Source: Azolla caroliniana (lineage: Eukaryota > Plantae > Polypodiophyta). From it: a stretch of 64,000 bases of DNA. The stretch spans positions 8,370,001 to 8,434,000 of the forward strand of contig JBHGNT010000005.1 of the NCBI GenBank assembly GCA_043228905.1, read 5' to 3'. The position numbers were made by a program, and so were the translations under genes. The notes below the pieces were generated by a model. That model did no database searches. It had not been told where the DNA came from and saw only the letters and a list, made by a program, of their open reading frames with translations. Below, one piece after another: positions 24,921-37,181 of this stretch (position 1 is its first letter; every line of letters starts with the position of its first letter).

Positions 24921-26510
24921 CTTCTTGCCGTTAGATCAGTTGATGTAAACTAAAATTAAATTCCCACTATCATGACTAAGATATTATGCCTTTTCTATCA
25001 AGGTCTTGACCACTATAGGTAGAAGAGATGATATGCTTTTCGTCCCATGTCATCTTGCAAGGCTTCCATAAGTGCAAGTAAATGCTATATTACTAACGAT
25101 GCATTAAGATTGTTATAGCTAGATATTCAACTTCTAGGAGAATGTTCTTTATCCATATTTTCTTACCATAGATTTGTTAAAAGAATGAATAATCAATATC
25201 AATGTCAATTACATACGATTTGATGTCAAGACCCATTAAGATACGAACAAAATTGACATATCAAATCATTACAAATTAAGGTAACCCTAATAGCCAACCT
25301 AAAGTTGTAATTTCACAACTTAAAACCACCATCCATGGATTCTTGATCCGAGGAGAGAGGATTAGAGTCACACTAGTAATTTGACATGCACATACTTCCC
25401 TAAGATAATTTGTTTCATTGGAATTTTCTTGTAGTTAACATGTGAGAAGGGTTGTTTCTTTACTACATCTTAGATTACTTTACAAGTCATAAAATCCTCA
25501 AAACATGGAAGTTGCTTGGAATTATCATAATATTATATTAAAGTATAAAAATTTACACACATTTAGAGATGGGTCAAACTTCTAACATACAATTGCAATA
25601 TATACAACCAATAGAATGCCAATCTCCGCCCAAAAAATATTGATGTTGTACAATTGAAATAATAGCAAGATCCAAGCTAGAACTATCTAAGGCTTAAGCA
25701 AAAGCTTAATAGTACGTTAAATGGACCATAAACAAACCTTATCATCGTGTGCAAAAACATTGTATCTTCTACAAATTTATGTTCTTCAAATGTGATTTTT
25801 CTTAACCATGAACATGTGAATAATTTATTTTACAAAGATGTCTCAACAATGTTCCATAATTTGTGGATATCTCAGAAATTTGGGCAAAAACAACTTGTCA
25901 AGATCTCAATGACATTAATTCACCATTACATGGTATGCAATTTTATGATGTTGGAATTGCTACAAAGAATGTGCCTTTCTCCCTTCCTAACTACAGTTTC
26001 GTTGCATGATCAAGGGTTAAATGAGCAATAATTTTGCCACTATTTAATCTTGGTGATGAAATCAATGAAACATCAAGATATAACACAACAACTTGCTGTC
26101 TTTATACGAAACCAACTATGTCAACTTATGATTTTCTTTCACAATATGCATATATAGTTATTGGAGTTCAAGCGTCCTTATTTATATCACCAAATGCCAA
26201 CTCAAAGGTAGCTTAGGGTTCTGAACTCTTATGATTGAAGGAAAAGTAAAACAAAAATGTGCCTTTATAAAGAATGGTAGTACTGAATGCAGCCTTGTTC
26301 CCAATAGCGAGGGGGATAGACTTTAAAAAAAACTTTTCTCCAACAGTTTTCTCCTTAAAGAAACATACATATGATGGTAACCACCAGCTCAAAGGTAGAT
26401 TTTGTCTTCCTCCTTACATATGAACATAGACATACCCTGAACTACCACATGATGTGTCTTCTTCATATATGCATCTATCCTAAGCAATATATTTCTGTTT
26501 TCACATAGAT

Positions 26511-29500
26511 TTAGTGCAACCTGATTTCTGTCCTCAGTTTCACTCGACATTGAGAGATGCCCAAAATTAATAATCCTATAATGGCAGCTCCTAAGATAAG
26601 AAGGAGCAGCATGGTAAAGGATTCTCGAGGTAAGAAGCATTGATCGATACTGTGGGATCCATCTTTGTACACATATACAAGAAGAAAACTTGGATCATCT
26701 CTATTTCGCCATGTGAAGGTAGAGACAGTTACCTCTCTCGTGCCATCTTCAAAGAGCCTATCACAGAAATGGTGTGCATGTGCACTCAAAACCAAACTGC
26801 ACAAAAGCAATCAGATAACATAATGATGCCAAGGAAAATAACCCAACTCATTAATGAACAAAGAGGTATGTAGGTCAGACTCACCTTGGTCTTAACGTTG
26901 AGACCAAATATCTTGAAGTGTTGATGGACAGCATGTCCATCATACTCCTGTAAGTTGTTAACTTAAGAGGCCTGTAAAAACAACACACACAGCTAACAGC
27001 TATAACCATAGTTCTCTAGGATTTGAGCTCTTTCTTTCCTGATTCATCAATAAAAGAATCATGGAAGTTTGGTCTTCATGTTAATCTAAACATCATCACT
27101 TTACCTTTGACTCGAAGTAAATAATGGCAAACAATCTCCCTCTAGTTCATGCCATGGAGCACATCTTGGGATGTCTAAAGTGTTGCATACGCTTTCATCT
27201 TCCCTATATAATGGAAGATGCGAGAGTAATATCGGTTTTCGAAATCTGCTTGCACTGAGTCCTTTAACAGTTGGGAATTGCAAATTCTTTTTCACATCTT
27301 CCACAACATTTTGCATGGAAGCATGCATGGGACAACCATCACAAGCAAGAGCCATTGCATTGAGAGACACAAAGGAGACATTTTTTATCATAATAGTAGA
27401 GCTACCTGTTTCATCTAACCCAGGGAAGGATCTTGAGAATCGATGTATCAAGGCTGGAGTTACCTGGTAGAAGTCTCCTATGTCGTGATTACCAACAGAC
27501 ACATGATATGGCAATCCAAGAAAAGGTTTCGCAACCTTTATAAAACGATGCACAACCGACTTCCACTGCTCATCTGTGGACTTCCTTCCCCAATCAGAGA
27601 GATCTCCAAGTATAAGTAATGTGTGAGGCTTTAGCATTATATATGCTCTCTGCAGAAGAAATTTCTCTCATTCTCGCTCTTTTATTATTTTCATTTGCCC
27701 ATAAAAGTAGTGTATATATTAAAACAACATGATAATACAAATAAAACTTGCTATCCATACTACAATGGTGAGGATTTTATGGCAAGATAAACCCTCTAAT
27801 ATGTTCTAAGATCAACTTCCATGAAGGCAAACCCACAAGATCAAGGTGTCAGTACAGCTCGGTTAAGAAATTTGCCAAATCAAATTTCCTTTCATTCGAC
27901 ATACTTGCTGTAGTACTCCATGGAGACCATCAAACAAAAACCAATTTCTCATATTCCAATTATGCCATAGACCCGAATATCTAATGCAGTAAGATTAAAT
28001 TCCATGAAGGCAAATCCACAGAGATCAAGGTGCCAGTACAGCTCGGTTAAGAAATTTGCCAAATCAATGTTCCTTTCATTCAGCATCCTTGCTGTAGTAC
28101 TCCACGGAGACCATTAAACAAGAACCAATTTCTCATATTCCAATTGTGCCATAGACCCCAATATCCAATGTAGTCAAATGCTACCTTATATGATGGGGAG
28201 GGTAAAGCTCTATCTCCCTGAGCGAAAACCCAATGAAAGGGTGACAAGATTTTCCTAAGTAACGACACCCAATGTACTACACAACAATCTAAATGGCTTT
28301 AGCAACTGAGCATGTAAGGAATTTGTGCTTGCATCTTCCTAAATCATTTTACAAAAAAAACATGTACCATCTGAAATGTCAGCTTTTCAAAGGCACCATG
28401 CCCAAATGTAACCCCTCAACATGGCCACCCTTGCACAAAATCAAAGATGAGTTGCAATCTTCCGTCCATGCCACCATCATATAATGTGCAATGACAGCAA
28501 TAACTTCACCACTAAGCTCTATCTTCAATCAGATTTTATGGATGTGATTATGTGCACCATGCGAGTCGATTTTTTATGATCAAATAATCATTCTGTCCCT
28601 GGTTAATCTGCCACCGATTCCAGAATAGGGACCACAAGAATAGTTAAAGCAGAAAATGATGGCCACATATGATCATCATATCCATGAGGTATATGAAACC
28701 TAGTCTGCACAGTCTCAAATGCCATCGTCTGCTTGAGTGCCTCTAAAGTAGCATTTTGCAAAATTACCAAGGCAAGTTTGACATACAATTGAATTTTCTT
28801 TGTCATCTCAATGCAGGAGACATGAGGATGAGAGTCTCTCTCTTGGCAGAGGGTTATTATATTATCTGCACTTTGGCAGTTGCACTTGACCAATCTCAAG
28901 CTTTGTTGCCAAAAGATTGTAAAGCGTTGAACCATACTACATTTTAAGCATTTAAAAGGTTCAATCCTCGTCCATGGTAGATTCCAACCTTTTCTACAAA
29001 ATAACATATTCTCTCCGCCTGAGGTTGAGTTCCAACACGAATACCATTTAAGTGCTTTAATCTTTGAACAACCATATGATCGTTCATATTTGCTACAGCT
29101 GCTCCCCTTAAGAACTTTTTCCAATAATATAAGCTCCAGTGGATGAGCCAATCATGCTATGAAAGTGTTCATAGGCTGATCTTCCTACATTATTATTATA
29201 GACTATGTAAAATCCATGGTTCCAATATCATTGTACTAAGATTACAGACTAGTTACATAGGGAAGCTAGATAGTTTAGGTACAATTAACTTTTTCTTTTT
29301 TTTTTTTAACTTGTTTACCGTGATCTATAAAACCTCTTCAATGAGAAATGTGATAGTGGGACACTGGAGTGGAGTTTGATACTATGTATGGGGCAAGAAC
29401 GTGACTGTCAAATTCTACTTGAGTGTTTGGGCATTGGTCACACATTGAAGCTTGCATTTTCATGAATGATTATCCTTAAAATGGATTCGAGCTTGCTTTT

Positions 29501-31523
29501 TTCAAAATTTCATTCATGATCTATCCCATTTCCCAAACACAATGTGGTCTCTTAATTGCAATGTTAATTAGTAAAAATCCTAGAGAATTAATAGTCACTT
29601 ATCACCTCCACAAACACTACACGAAAATGTCTCCTTTGGGCCTTCAGTCATATTCAACTCCATGGACAATAGTAAATGCTGCCTATTTATTTCTAAATTA
29701 GACTAGAGCTCATACATACATGTGAACAACCATTAATACGTATCATGTGACAAGACAAACAGATCTAATTCATGAAATCTAATAGAAAACCACATAGGCA
29801 GGTATACATATTAAATAAACCAAGACATAATATATGGCTACATGGAAGGAAAACTCCATGAACGATTCTCTGACACTACGATCGAACCACGCACTTCCTG
29901 GTCCAGTAAGGTGAAGATCTGCCACCACCATAGCCTTAAGCTGATCATCATCAGTATTTACCTACACATTACAGAAACCGAAACATAAAATAATGTGCTG
30001 TGGAGAGATTATTCACAAAACCTCTCTGAACAAACTATCCAACCATATATTTCTTTGTGAAGAAACAATTTGACCATGTATTTCCTCATGAAGCCTCTTT
30101 GACAACATGATCCAACCATACAATTCTCCATGACGAAGCAACCTAACAAAAAATTTCTTCATGAAGGCCTTCCTGAAGAAGTGATCTGACCATATATTTC
30201 TTCATGAAAACCAGAAAATTATTCATGAAGAAACAATCTGACAGTATATTTCTTCATGAGGAAAATCATGAAGAAAAAATCTAGGCATATATTTCTGTTA
30301 GAAATATTGAGAATCGATTAGATAGGTATATAGAGTTACAACCACAGAGATGGATATATGAAAACAAAACTTCTATTACATATGAGAGTAGCTCACAATG
30401 GTAGTTCACCCATGCGCTCACACCTTAGAGCTTAGATGGGATCTGGACCAGCTCACTACAAAATTAGTGGGGACTGATGATCGATACACCACTATATAAG
30501 AGAGTGGATTATATTCTCTGTTTGGTCTGAGTGTAACATTAAATGTGCATGTCAGTTGATAGTAGTGGAGATATTCCTTTTCTGTCAATTGACTTGTCAT
30601 TTAATATGACCCAACTCCCTAGATATAGGCTAGTGATAGATAGTACTTATCTTTAAGTCAATGGCACATACTTCAAGACTAAGTATATTGTAACTTGCCC
30701 ACAAAATATTCTAGTTAACTTGATTAGCCAATCCTATTACCTATTTCGCTCTTTCCTAAATCCATTGTGTTCTACGCATCTACGGTTTCCTAGATTAACA
30801 CCTTATCGACCCATATGGTCGAGTTGCACACTAGTGGCTCCTCATTTGCGGCGCTATCACAAAATGTGCACTCTAAGAGCACATATGGGGATAGATTTAC
30901 AACTTGGGGCTGATCATTGATTATATGTAACAATTTCTTCATGAAGATATTATTTATTTGCATATTTCTTCGTGAATTCCTCGCTGAAGAAATGATCTGA
31001 CAATATATTTCATCATGAAGAACGAAACAACCATATCAAACCACGTTTGTTCATGAATTCTCTTTGAACCAACCATTTATTTTTTCAGAAATTCTTCTCT
31101 TAAGGAAAACGAAACGACCAGATCATATGTTTCTACGTGAATACCCTTTTCTGAAGGAAATACATAGCCATATATTTCTAAAGGAATTTCTTCTCTGAAG
31201 AAACCATATATGTCTTCATGGACTGTGATCCAACCATACCGTACATTTCTTCAGGTCAAAGCAGAAACAAATTTCTAGCCAAGTTCGGGATTTGGAAATC
31301 TGAAAAGCCATAAGACGAGCAATCTTATACATACCTGCAGGTTCCTGATGCGCGCATCTTCAGATGAGACAGGAGAACAAGAAGGGCTGGAGAGGAGGTA
31401 CAAATAACCCCATGGAAGGAGCAGAAGGAGCGGAGACACGGTCCTGCAGAAGGTGATGGGAGATTCGCGTCTCCTCGCGGATTTAGCTTCGGCCCGTCGA
31501 TTCTGCATCGCTCTGCTGTCCAT
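26511..31523 (-). CDS. MPPE1: Calcineurin-like metallophosphoesterase, MPPE1/PGAP5/Cdc1 family, about 408 aa, 5 exons
   Basis: Exons 31523-31335, 29961-29842, 27649-27105, 26971-26885, 26796-26511 join in frame with GT/AG introns. Motifs VADLH, LGDLSD, VGNHDIG, LSHLPL, SAHAHHFC, TFTWRNRDDP; hydrophobic N- and C-terminal segments. Confidence 0.88.
27811..29140 (-). mobile_element. Decayed LINE fragment in intron 2, with an about 183-bp tandem duplication at its 3' end (27811-28175)
   Basis: Duplicated block TTCCATGAAGGCAAA...CCCGAATATCTAATGCAGT. Translation YWGLWHNWNMRNWFLFNG resembles the LINE 3' ends near 36670 and 55150. Confidence 0.6.
30040..31255. repeat. Degenerate 30-45-bp minisatellite (CCATATATTTCTTCATGAAGAAAC...) in intron 1, split by a solo LTR
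   Basis: Recurrent CCATATATTTC / TTCATGAAG motifs at 30040-30295 and 30933-31255. Confidence 0.7.
30296..30932. mobile_element. Intronic solo LTR (637 bp)
   Basis: TGTTA...TAACA inverted ends with perfect TSD ATTTC (30291-30295 / 30933-30937). Confidence 0.85.
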
Positions 31524-32530
31524 CGAAAGAGATCGCGTTTCTTCCTTCAGTCACTGCGAAGCTTCTTTTCTTCAAGCGCGAATGAAAGAAAATGGAAGGA
31601 ATAAATAAAAAAACATTCGCACCACACAAGGGAGAAATAAAATAACATCCGCCTTCCACTTTTGGATAGCCGCCCAAAACCGTACATACTACAGTTTCCT
31701 AATTTGGAAGTCTCGACCTCCATACTATACTATCCTAACAAGCACTCCCTCTCACTACTAAGTTCTAACTATTAAGTTATTAACTACTATCTACTAACTA
31801 CTACTAGTGTTGGTATTCTTCGGGTAGATTTGCTTCAAAACTCGGATGTATTGGTCGCTCCGATCGTTCCCGATTGCCTCAATCAAAGATATAGAAGAAG
31901 CCTTTGGTTCATAATTGCCCAGCCTTTGGTTCATAGTTGCCTGAGCTTAATGGTATTTTTGTTTTTGTTTTTTTCAAAGACAAATTCTCATCATATCAAA
32001 CACCAACCAGCCACTTCTTACGTGTAAAAAGCCTAAATAACAATTTATGATCCTTTGCGATTATCGCGTTTGTTGCATTTCATAGCATGGTAGAATTCGA
32101 GAGACTTTCTTTGATACCGCTTTCACAACATTAAAAATTCTAGTGGTTCGCTCTCTTTGTTTAACATAGTACGAACTTCCATGATAAATTTATAGTTGTG
32201 ATTCTACGAGATGGTAACCATGATTAGTAAATATATAACTTTAATCTCACATTCTTTTTTCTTGTCTGTGGAGTTTAGTGACAAAATAAAATTCAAGACC
32301 AGTGCTATAAAATGTTGAGATTAAATGGATCACGCGACATATGCATAGTAATATATTATTTATCAAGATTTTTTCTCTGTAAACACAATACATTATAAAC
32401 ATTGGGAAACTAGAACGTGAGGGAATAACCTTTGCCGACTCCAAATGATTTCTCGTTGTCGTGCCAATGCCAGTCGACACATGCTTTCCACCATGCGTGC
32501 CAAAGGTGTTACCGGCTTAGGGTAACATGG

Positions 32531-33047
32531 TGTCGGATACTCGTTCCTTTGGTATCCGATTCAAGGTCTTATGGTCGGGGAAGGGTGGTAGTGTCACGTT
32601 GTTTAGTGAGATTTGATCGCACAAACTCAGTATGACTCGAATTGTTGTGACTGTGGGGATTGTGGAGATTAAAACCGAGCCGAGTACAATCGAATGGTTA
32701 CGTATACGCTAAACAAAACACATAGGAAAAACTCAACACATATAAACTTCGGCACAGAACACAAAGATGGAGTATCAACAAACATATTTATATATTCAAA
32801 ACACTTGATACAAGGCTATTCGATTCCTCTTTACAGGCTTTCCATGTCCCTTTTTATAGGGTTCATCAGTGGTTACGAACAGGGCGTGAACCGCTACTAC
32901 TAATAATAATTATTGTCGTTTTAAGTTTGGCCTTCTTTACTGCTTCAGTTCGGTTCGTAACAGTTTCTTAGTCTTTTCATACTTGATCATCCGAACTGGC
33001 CAACAACACTTAACATAGGTGTCCCACATAAATTGGTGGATACAACA
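32531..33047 (-). mobile_element. Possible solo LTR (517 bp)
   Basis: TGTCGGATAC...GGATACAACA ends, flanking 4-bp ATGG repeat, minus-strand CTATAAAAAGGG box near 32850. Confidence 0.5.
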
Positions 33048-33454
33048 ATGGAACCATCTTGTCACTATTTTTTAGACTTTTAGTAGTGGATGTACTAGTT
33101 GTCAAGCCATGTGCTTTCTATGGTTACTAAAGCCAATTAAATTTATTTTTTCGAAAAAAAAAATCTTCATTTGTAGATTTCTGCATACGTGACTAAAATG
33201 ATTAGGCTAAAAAACATTACGATGGCTCTAGCCATGATTACCTATGAAAACCACAAATAAGGGTAGTAAAAGACAAAAAAGGAATGAGATGAGACATTGT
33301 ATATGTATTGAACATAGAACGTTGTCCTCCGTTCGAATGTGACCATGTCCTCCAGCTCCATAATGAGAACTGTTTTCCTTGTTTTCCTTTCACTTATTCT
33401 CCACCTTGTAACTCCTATAATGTCACACGAGATATGGTGAAGGATTTGTTTGTT

Positions 33455-35180
33455 TTTTTTTTTCCAAAAAAAAACTCCTTCCATTCGTTATAAAATTTTA
33501 CAAATGAGATGATTATGTACAAATCCCTGTAGGGACGCAATAGTTCCATCTTATGTGGATGCCCATTGACTCAAGAAAGGGAGAGGACGACCATTGTTGG
33601 ATGAAGGCTATTCGTTATCTCTCAACTCCATCGGAGCTGCCCTTGAGGCCATCATATTGGCTCTTTAGAGTGGCTACAATTTCACTCCATATCTCTTGCA
33701 ATAACAGTGTTGGATGTGCGGTTTGGTTGGAGAAGACCCGTCTACACCGTTGTTTCCATAGAATCCAAAGAGTTATTGGGATGACCAATTCCAGCACAAC
33801 TTGAGATTTGCCATTAAGAGGAGTTGAGTGGACATTGCCGATGGTGGAGAAAAAAACCTCTTGTGCTTTTATCACCAAAGTCATCCCCTCCTCTTGATGC
33901 TCGTATCTGTCAACTAGGGTCTGCCATGATAGCCAACATATATTTCCCCACTTGATGGAGCCTTGCACCTGGCATAATTGCAACAAGCGGCCAACCCCCT
34001 GCCATATTCGATGGGACCCTGGGCAGTCCCACAGAGCGTGTCTTATTGATTCTACTGCATTTGGACACTCTACACAATTAGGAGAGCTAAGGTTCCCACG
34101 TTGCCATGCTCCCACCGGTGGTGACTTATGTATTAATAGCCATTGGAACGTGGTAATTCGCCTCACGTGTTGTTGTTTCCAGATTTTCTGCCAAATCTTG
34201 GTGACAATTGTGTGAGGAACTTGATATGTGTGCTAGACCTTTGCAATAGCCGGCTCTCGGGCAGTTTGAGCAGCTAGGATGTGGCGACCCAATCTAGTTG
34301 TGAATTGGAAGAAAGGGATGGGTTTGCTTCCCAACTCGGCGTAAGGATCACGCCATGTCCATTGCAAAGGGTCCCAACTGACCTTACGTAGCCATGTGTT
34401 TTCATGATTACATATGTGCCAATCGGGTTGTACTTTGATCGAATCGAGATCTACAATCCATTTATGACCAGTATATGCGAGTACCCGAATTGCGTTATTC
34501 TGTGTTGGTGTCTTAGCGTCTTGCAATTCAGAGCCTTCGATCCTGTCTCGTGATCCCCTACCTCTCGGGATCAAAGATCCCTCCTCCTCATAGCCTATCC
34601 ATTTCTCCATTGTCATCCTATGAGTAGTGGCTTCCCTAATCAGTAGAGCATTATTGATTTCCAATCTCATAGTCCATCAGCCCCTGATGCCATGGAGTAT
34701 GTTGGCTTGATCTTGTAGTGGCAATGACATAAACCATCTCCAACATTCTATACTTTTCACTGAACCTTCTGCAATGTATCCCCATGACAACCCCTTACTT
34801 GATCCAAGTAGTTAATTAGATTCATCCTTGATACATGGGTTCCATAGGATACATTGACTAAGCCAGGCAAGTTCGGAACTCGATTGATCGCACTTGAGCC
34901 CTCGTCTAATGTCACACCATGCCTTCCACATGGATGCACTGAATCTATCCTCCAATTGGCGGGAGAAACTAGGTTTGAGATCCATGTTTAGAATCCATCC
35001 CGTTTGGGGGGGCCAATTAACCCCTTTTCATGGCCTAAAGTAAATGAAACGTAACCATAGTAGCATTTTCCAACAATCATTTCTTGGTTGGAGTTCTCGC
35101 ACCACAAATTTGGCAAGTAAGGTTTTTGATTGTGAGAGGGGATCAACCAGACCCAATCCCCCTCTCGACAATGGTGAAGG
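33455..35180 (-). mobile_element. L1-type LINE, 5'-truncated ORF2 C-terminus with zf-RVT and poly(A) end
   Basis: GGLGLVDP...LLAKFVVR; FQWLLIHKSPPVG...CVECPNAVESIRHALWDCP; TLWILWKQRCRRVF; poly-T at the left end. Confidence 0.9.
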
Positions 35181-35879
35181 ATTTGTTGTAGAACATGGCG
35201 GGTACTAAAGCCAATATTTCGAGTTTATTGAGATAATTATAATGATGATATAACGAAAGCACGAGAGTACCCCCTAAACATATTCATTACTTACTCAAAC
35301 ACCTTCAAGTTCTCGAAATACACCAAATACTTCTCTTATACTAAACCCTAGGGATTTTTGTGAAAAGTTATGGATATTTTGATAAATATGCCAACAAATT
35401 GGGGCTACTATTATTAAGCTACTACCTCCATGCTAGGTTGTTTCTCACCATTGAATTGAATTGGATGTGGTTGAACCAGGAGCCGATACGTGACCATTTT
35501 GTACTCATTGAGAAACAGAGGTTATAATTGAGTAGCATATTTGAAAACATATATTAGTGGCATCTCAAAATAGTCATGGTATTTTTATGAACATATAACT
35601 CGTAGTTGTGAAAGCCCATTGGGATTTTTTGAGCATTTGGTTAAAATTTCGGTACAATAACTACAAATCTCAAAAAGGGAAGAGTCATTGGGCCTTGATT
35701 GTTCATGAAATTCGCAATTGTAGCTTCCCAAACTCTCCTCATTATTTTGAAATGCATTCATCTTCCTTCGGTTTTCTTGATAAACTTGGATTTATACATA
35801 AAAACAACATGACAAAAGAAAAAAGAAAAGTTCATCCCTACAATAATGAGAATCTTATGGTAAGGTAAACAACCCTCTA

Positions 35880-36870
35880 GGGAGTTGTAAGAGTAGCCAA
35901 TAATCAACATATAAAGCCGACTCCTACGAGGACAAGTTGCTTGCAAAAAGCTTAAGTTGCGCGGATTACAAAATCCAGCTTCCATTTTAGCATATAGACC
36001 AACTGTGCTACTCCTAAGAAGACCCATAAAAGAACAACATTGGGCCATTTCTCAAACTACAACCACATCATATAAAAGGGTGGAGGCTAATCCCAGAGTC
36101 TGATCGAGTTAGCCACATGTTAGGCCATTGTATACACCACACCATGTTGGAGCCAATTATACGATAAGTGCACCACGCTTTTCTCAAATTATATGGGGGT
36201 GTGTAGAGGTGGGGTCAAACGACGTTTTTACAAGTGACTATGAATTTTTTTGTATCATTGTTCCCTTAAGTCTCTTCGATGGCTATCAACTAAGGTTGAG
36301 AGAAGAATGGAAAATACATAACTCGGATCATGGATGGTGACATATCTTAAAACGTAGTTGGCATTCTAAATTGTCACTTGTAGCAAAGGCCTTCATTTGG
36401 AGATTATTGATTGGGGGATTGTCTTTGGGATTAGCTCTAAAGTGATGTGGACTGACAATGGGCAATTGCTTATTTTGCACAATTCAAATGAAAGATAGTA
36501 CTCATGGTTTCATACAATGTCTGATTGCTTTGTCATATTTGGAGTTGCATTTCTCAAAATTGGCAAGTTTTATCATGGTGTTATTTGATGCATAGACAGT
36601 GTGTGTTTGCACAATTCACACAAGTTGACCCAAAATCAAAGATGGATATTCTTTTCCTATTTCTAAGGTATTGGAGATTGCGTTATAACTGGGATATGTA
36701 CAATGCTTTTGTATTTGATGGCAGGTATAGAGTTAAAGCATATATACGAAAGTTGAAGGGAGTACTAATGTGCCATTTTTCTTTATCGAAGCAGTTGGAA
36801 ATTCTTTCCTTAATGGAGTGTTCATCTTGCCTACTGGCAATTCAAGATGTTCCACTACCCATGTAGTTAG
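35880..36870 (+). mobile_element. Decayed LINE 3' part (zf-RVT), second family
   Basis: KAFIWRLLIGGL...CLFCTIQMKDSTHGFIQC...FLRYW...NAFVFDG. Related pieces at 37365-37600 (+) and 55080-55500 (-). Confidence 0.75.
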
Positions 36871-37181
36871 TTAGTGGGTGACCATACTCCATTGTGACAC
36901 CCATTGTAAGTAGTTCTTTTGACACACATTAAGAACACACCTTCCGTAGTGGTATCTCTCTAGTAAATTAAGAGATATATTTTAGCCCATACTAAAAAGG
37001 GCATTTTCGGGAAATAGAGGAAAGCGTGGGAGGGCATATGTTGGGGAAATAAAGGAAAACCTCAGGCGCAGGTTGTTTCGTTTCGTTTCTTTCTATGAAA
37101 GACGTTGTTCCTTCCTCCTCCTCTTCTTCTTCTTTGTTTTGTTTTCTGCTCCCGTGTCTGCCGTTAACCGGCAAACGAGCG

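Noticed and set aside
20100-26300. Long AT-rich intergenic stretch with short ORFs
   Set aside because: No recognisable motifs, termini or exon chain; probably old decayed repeats that I cannot classify.
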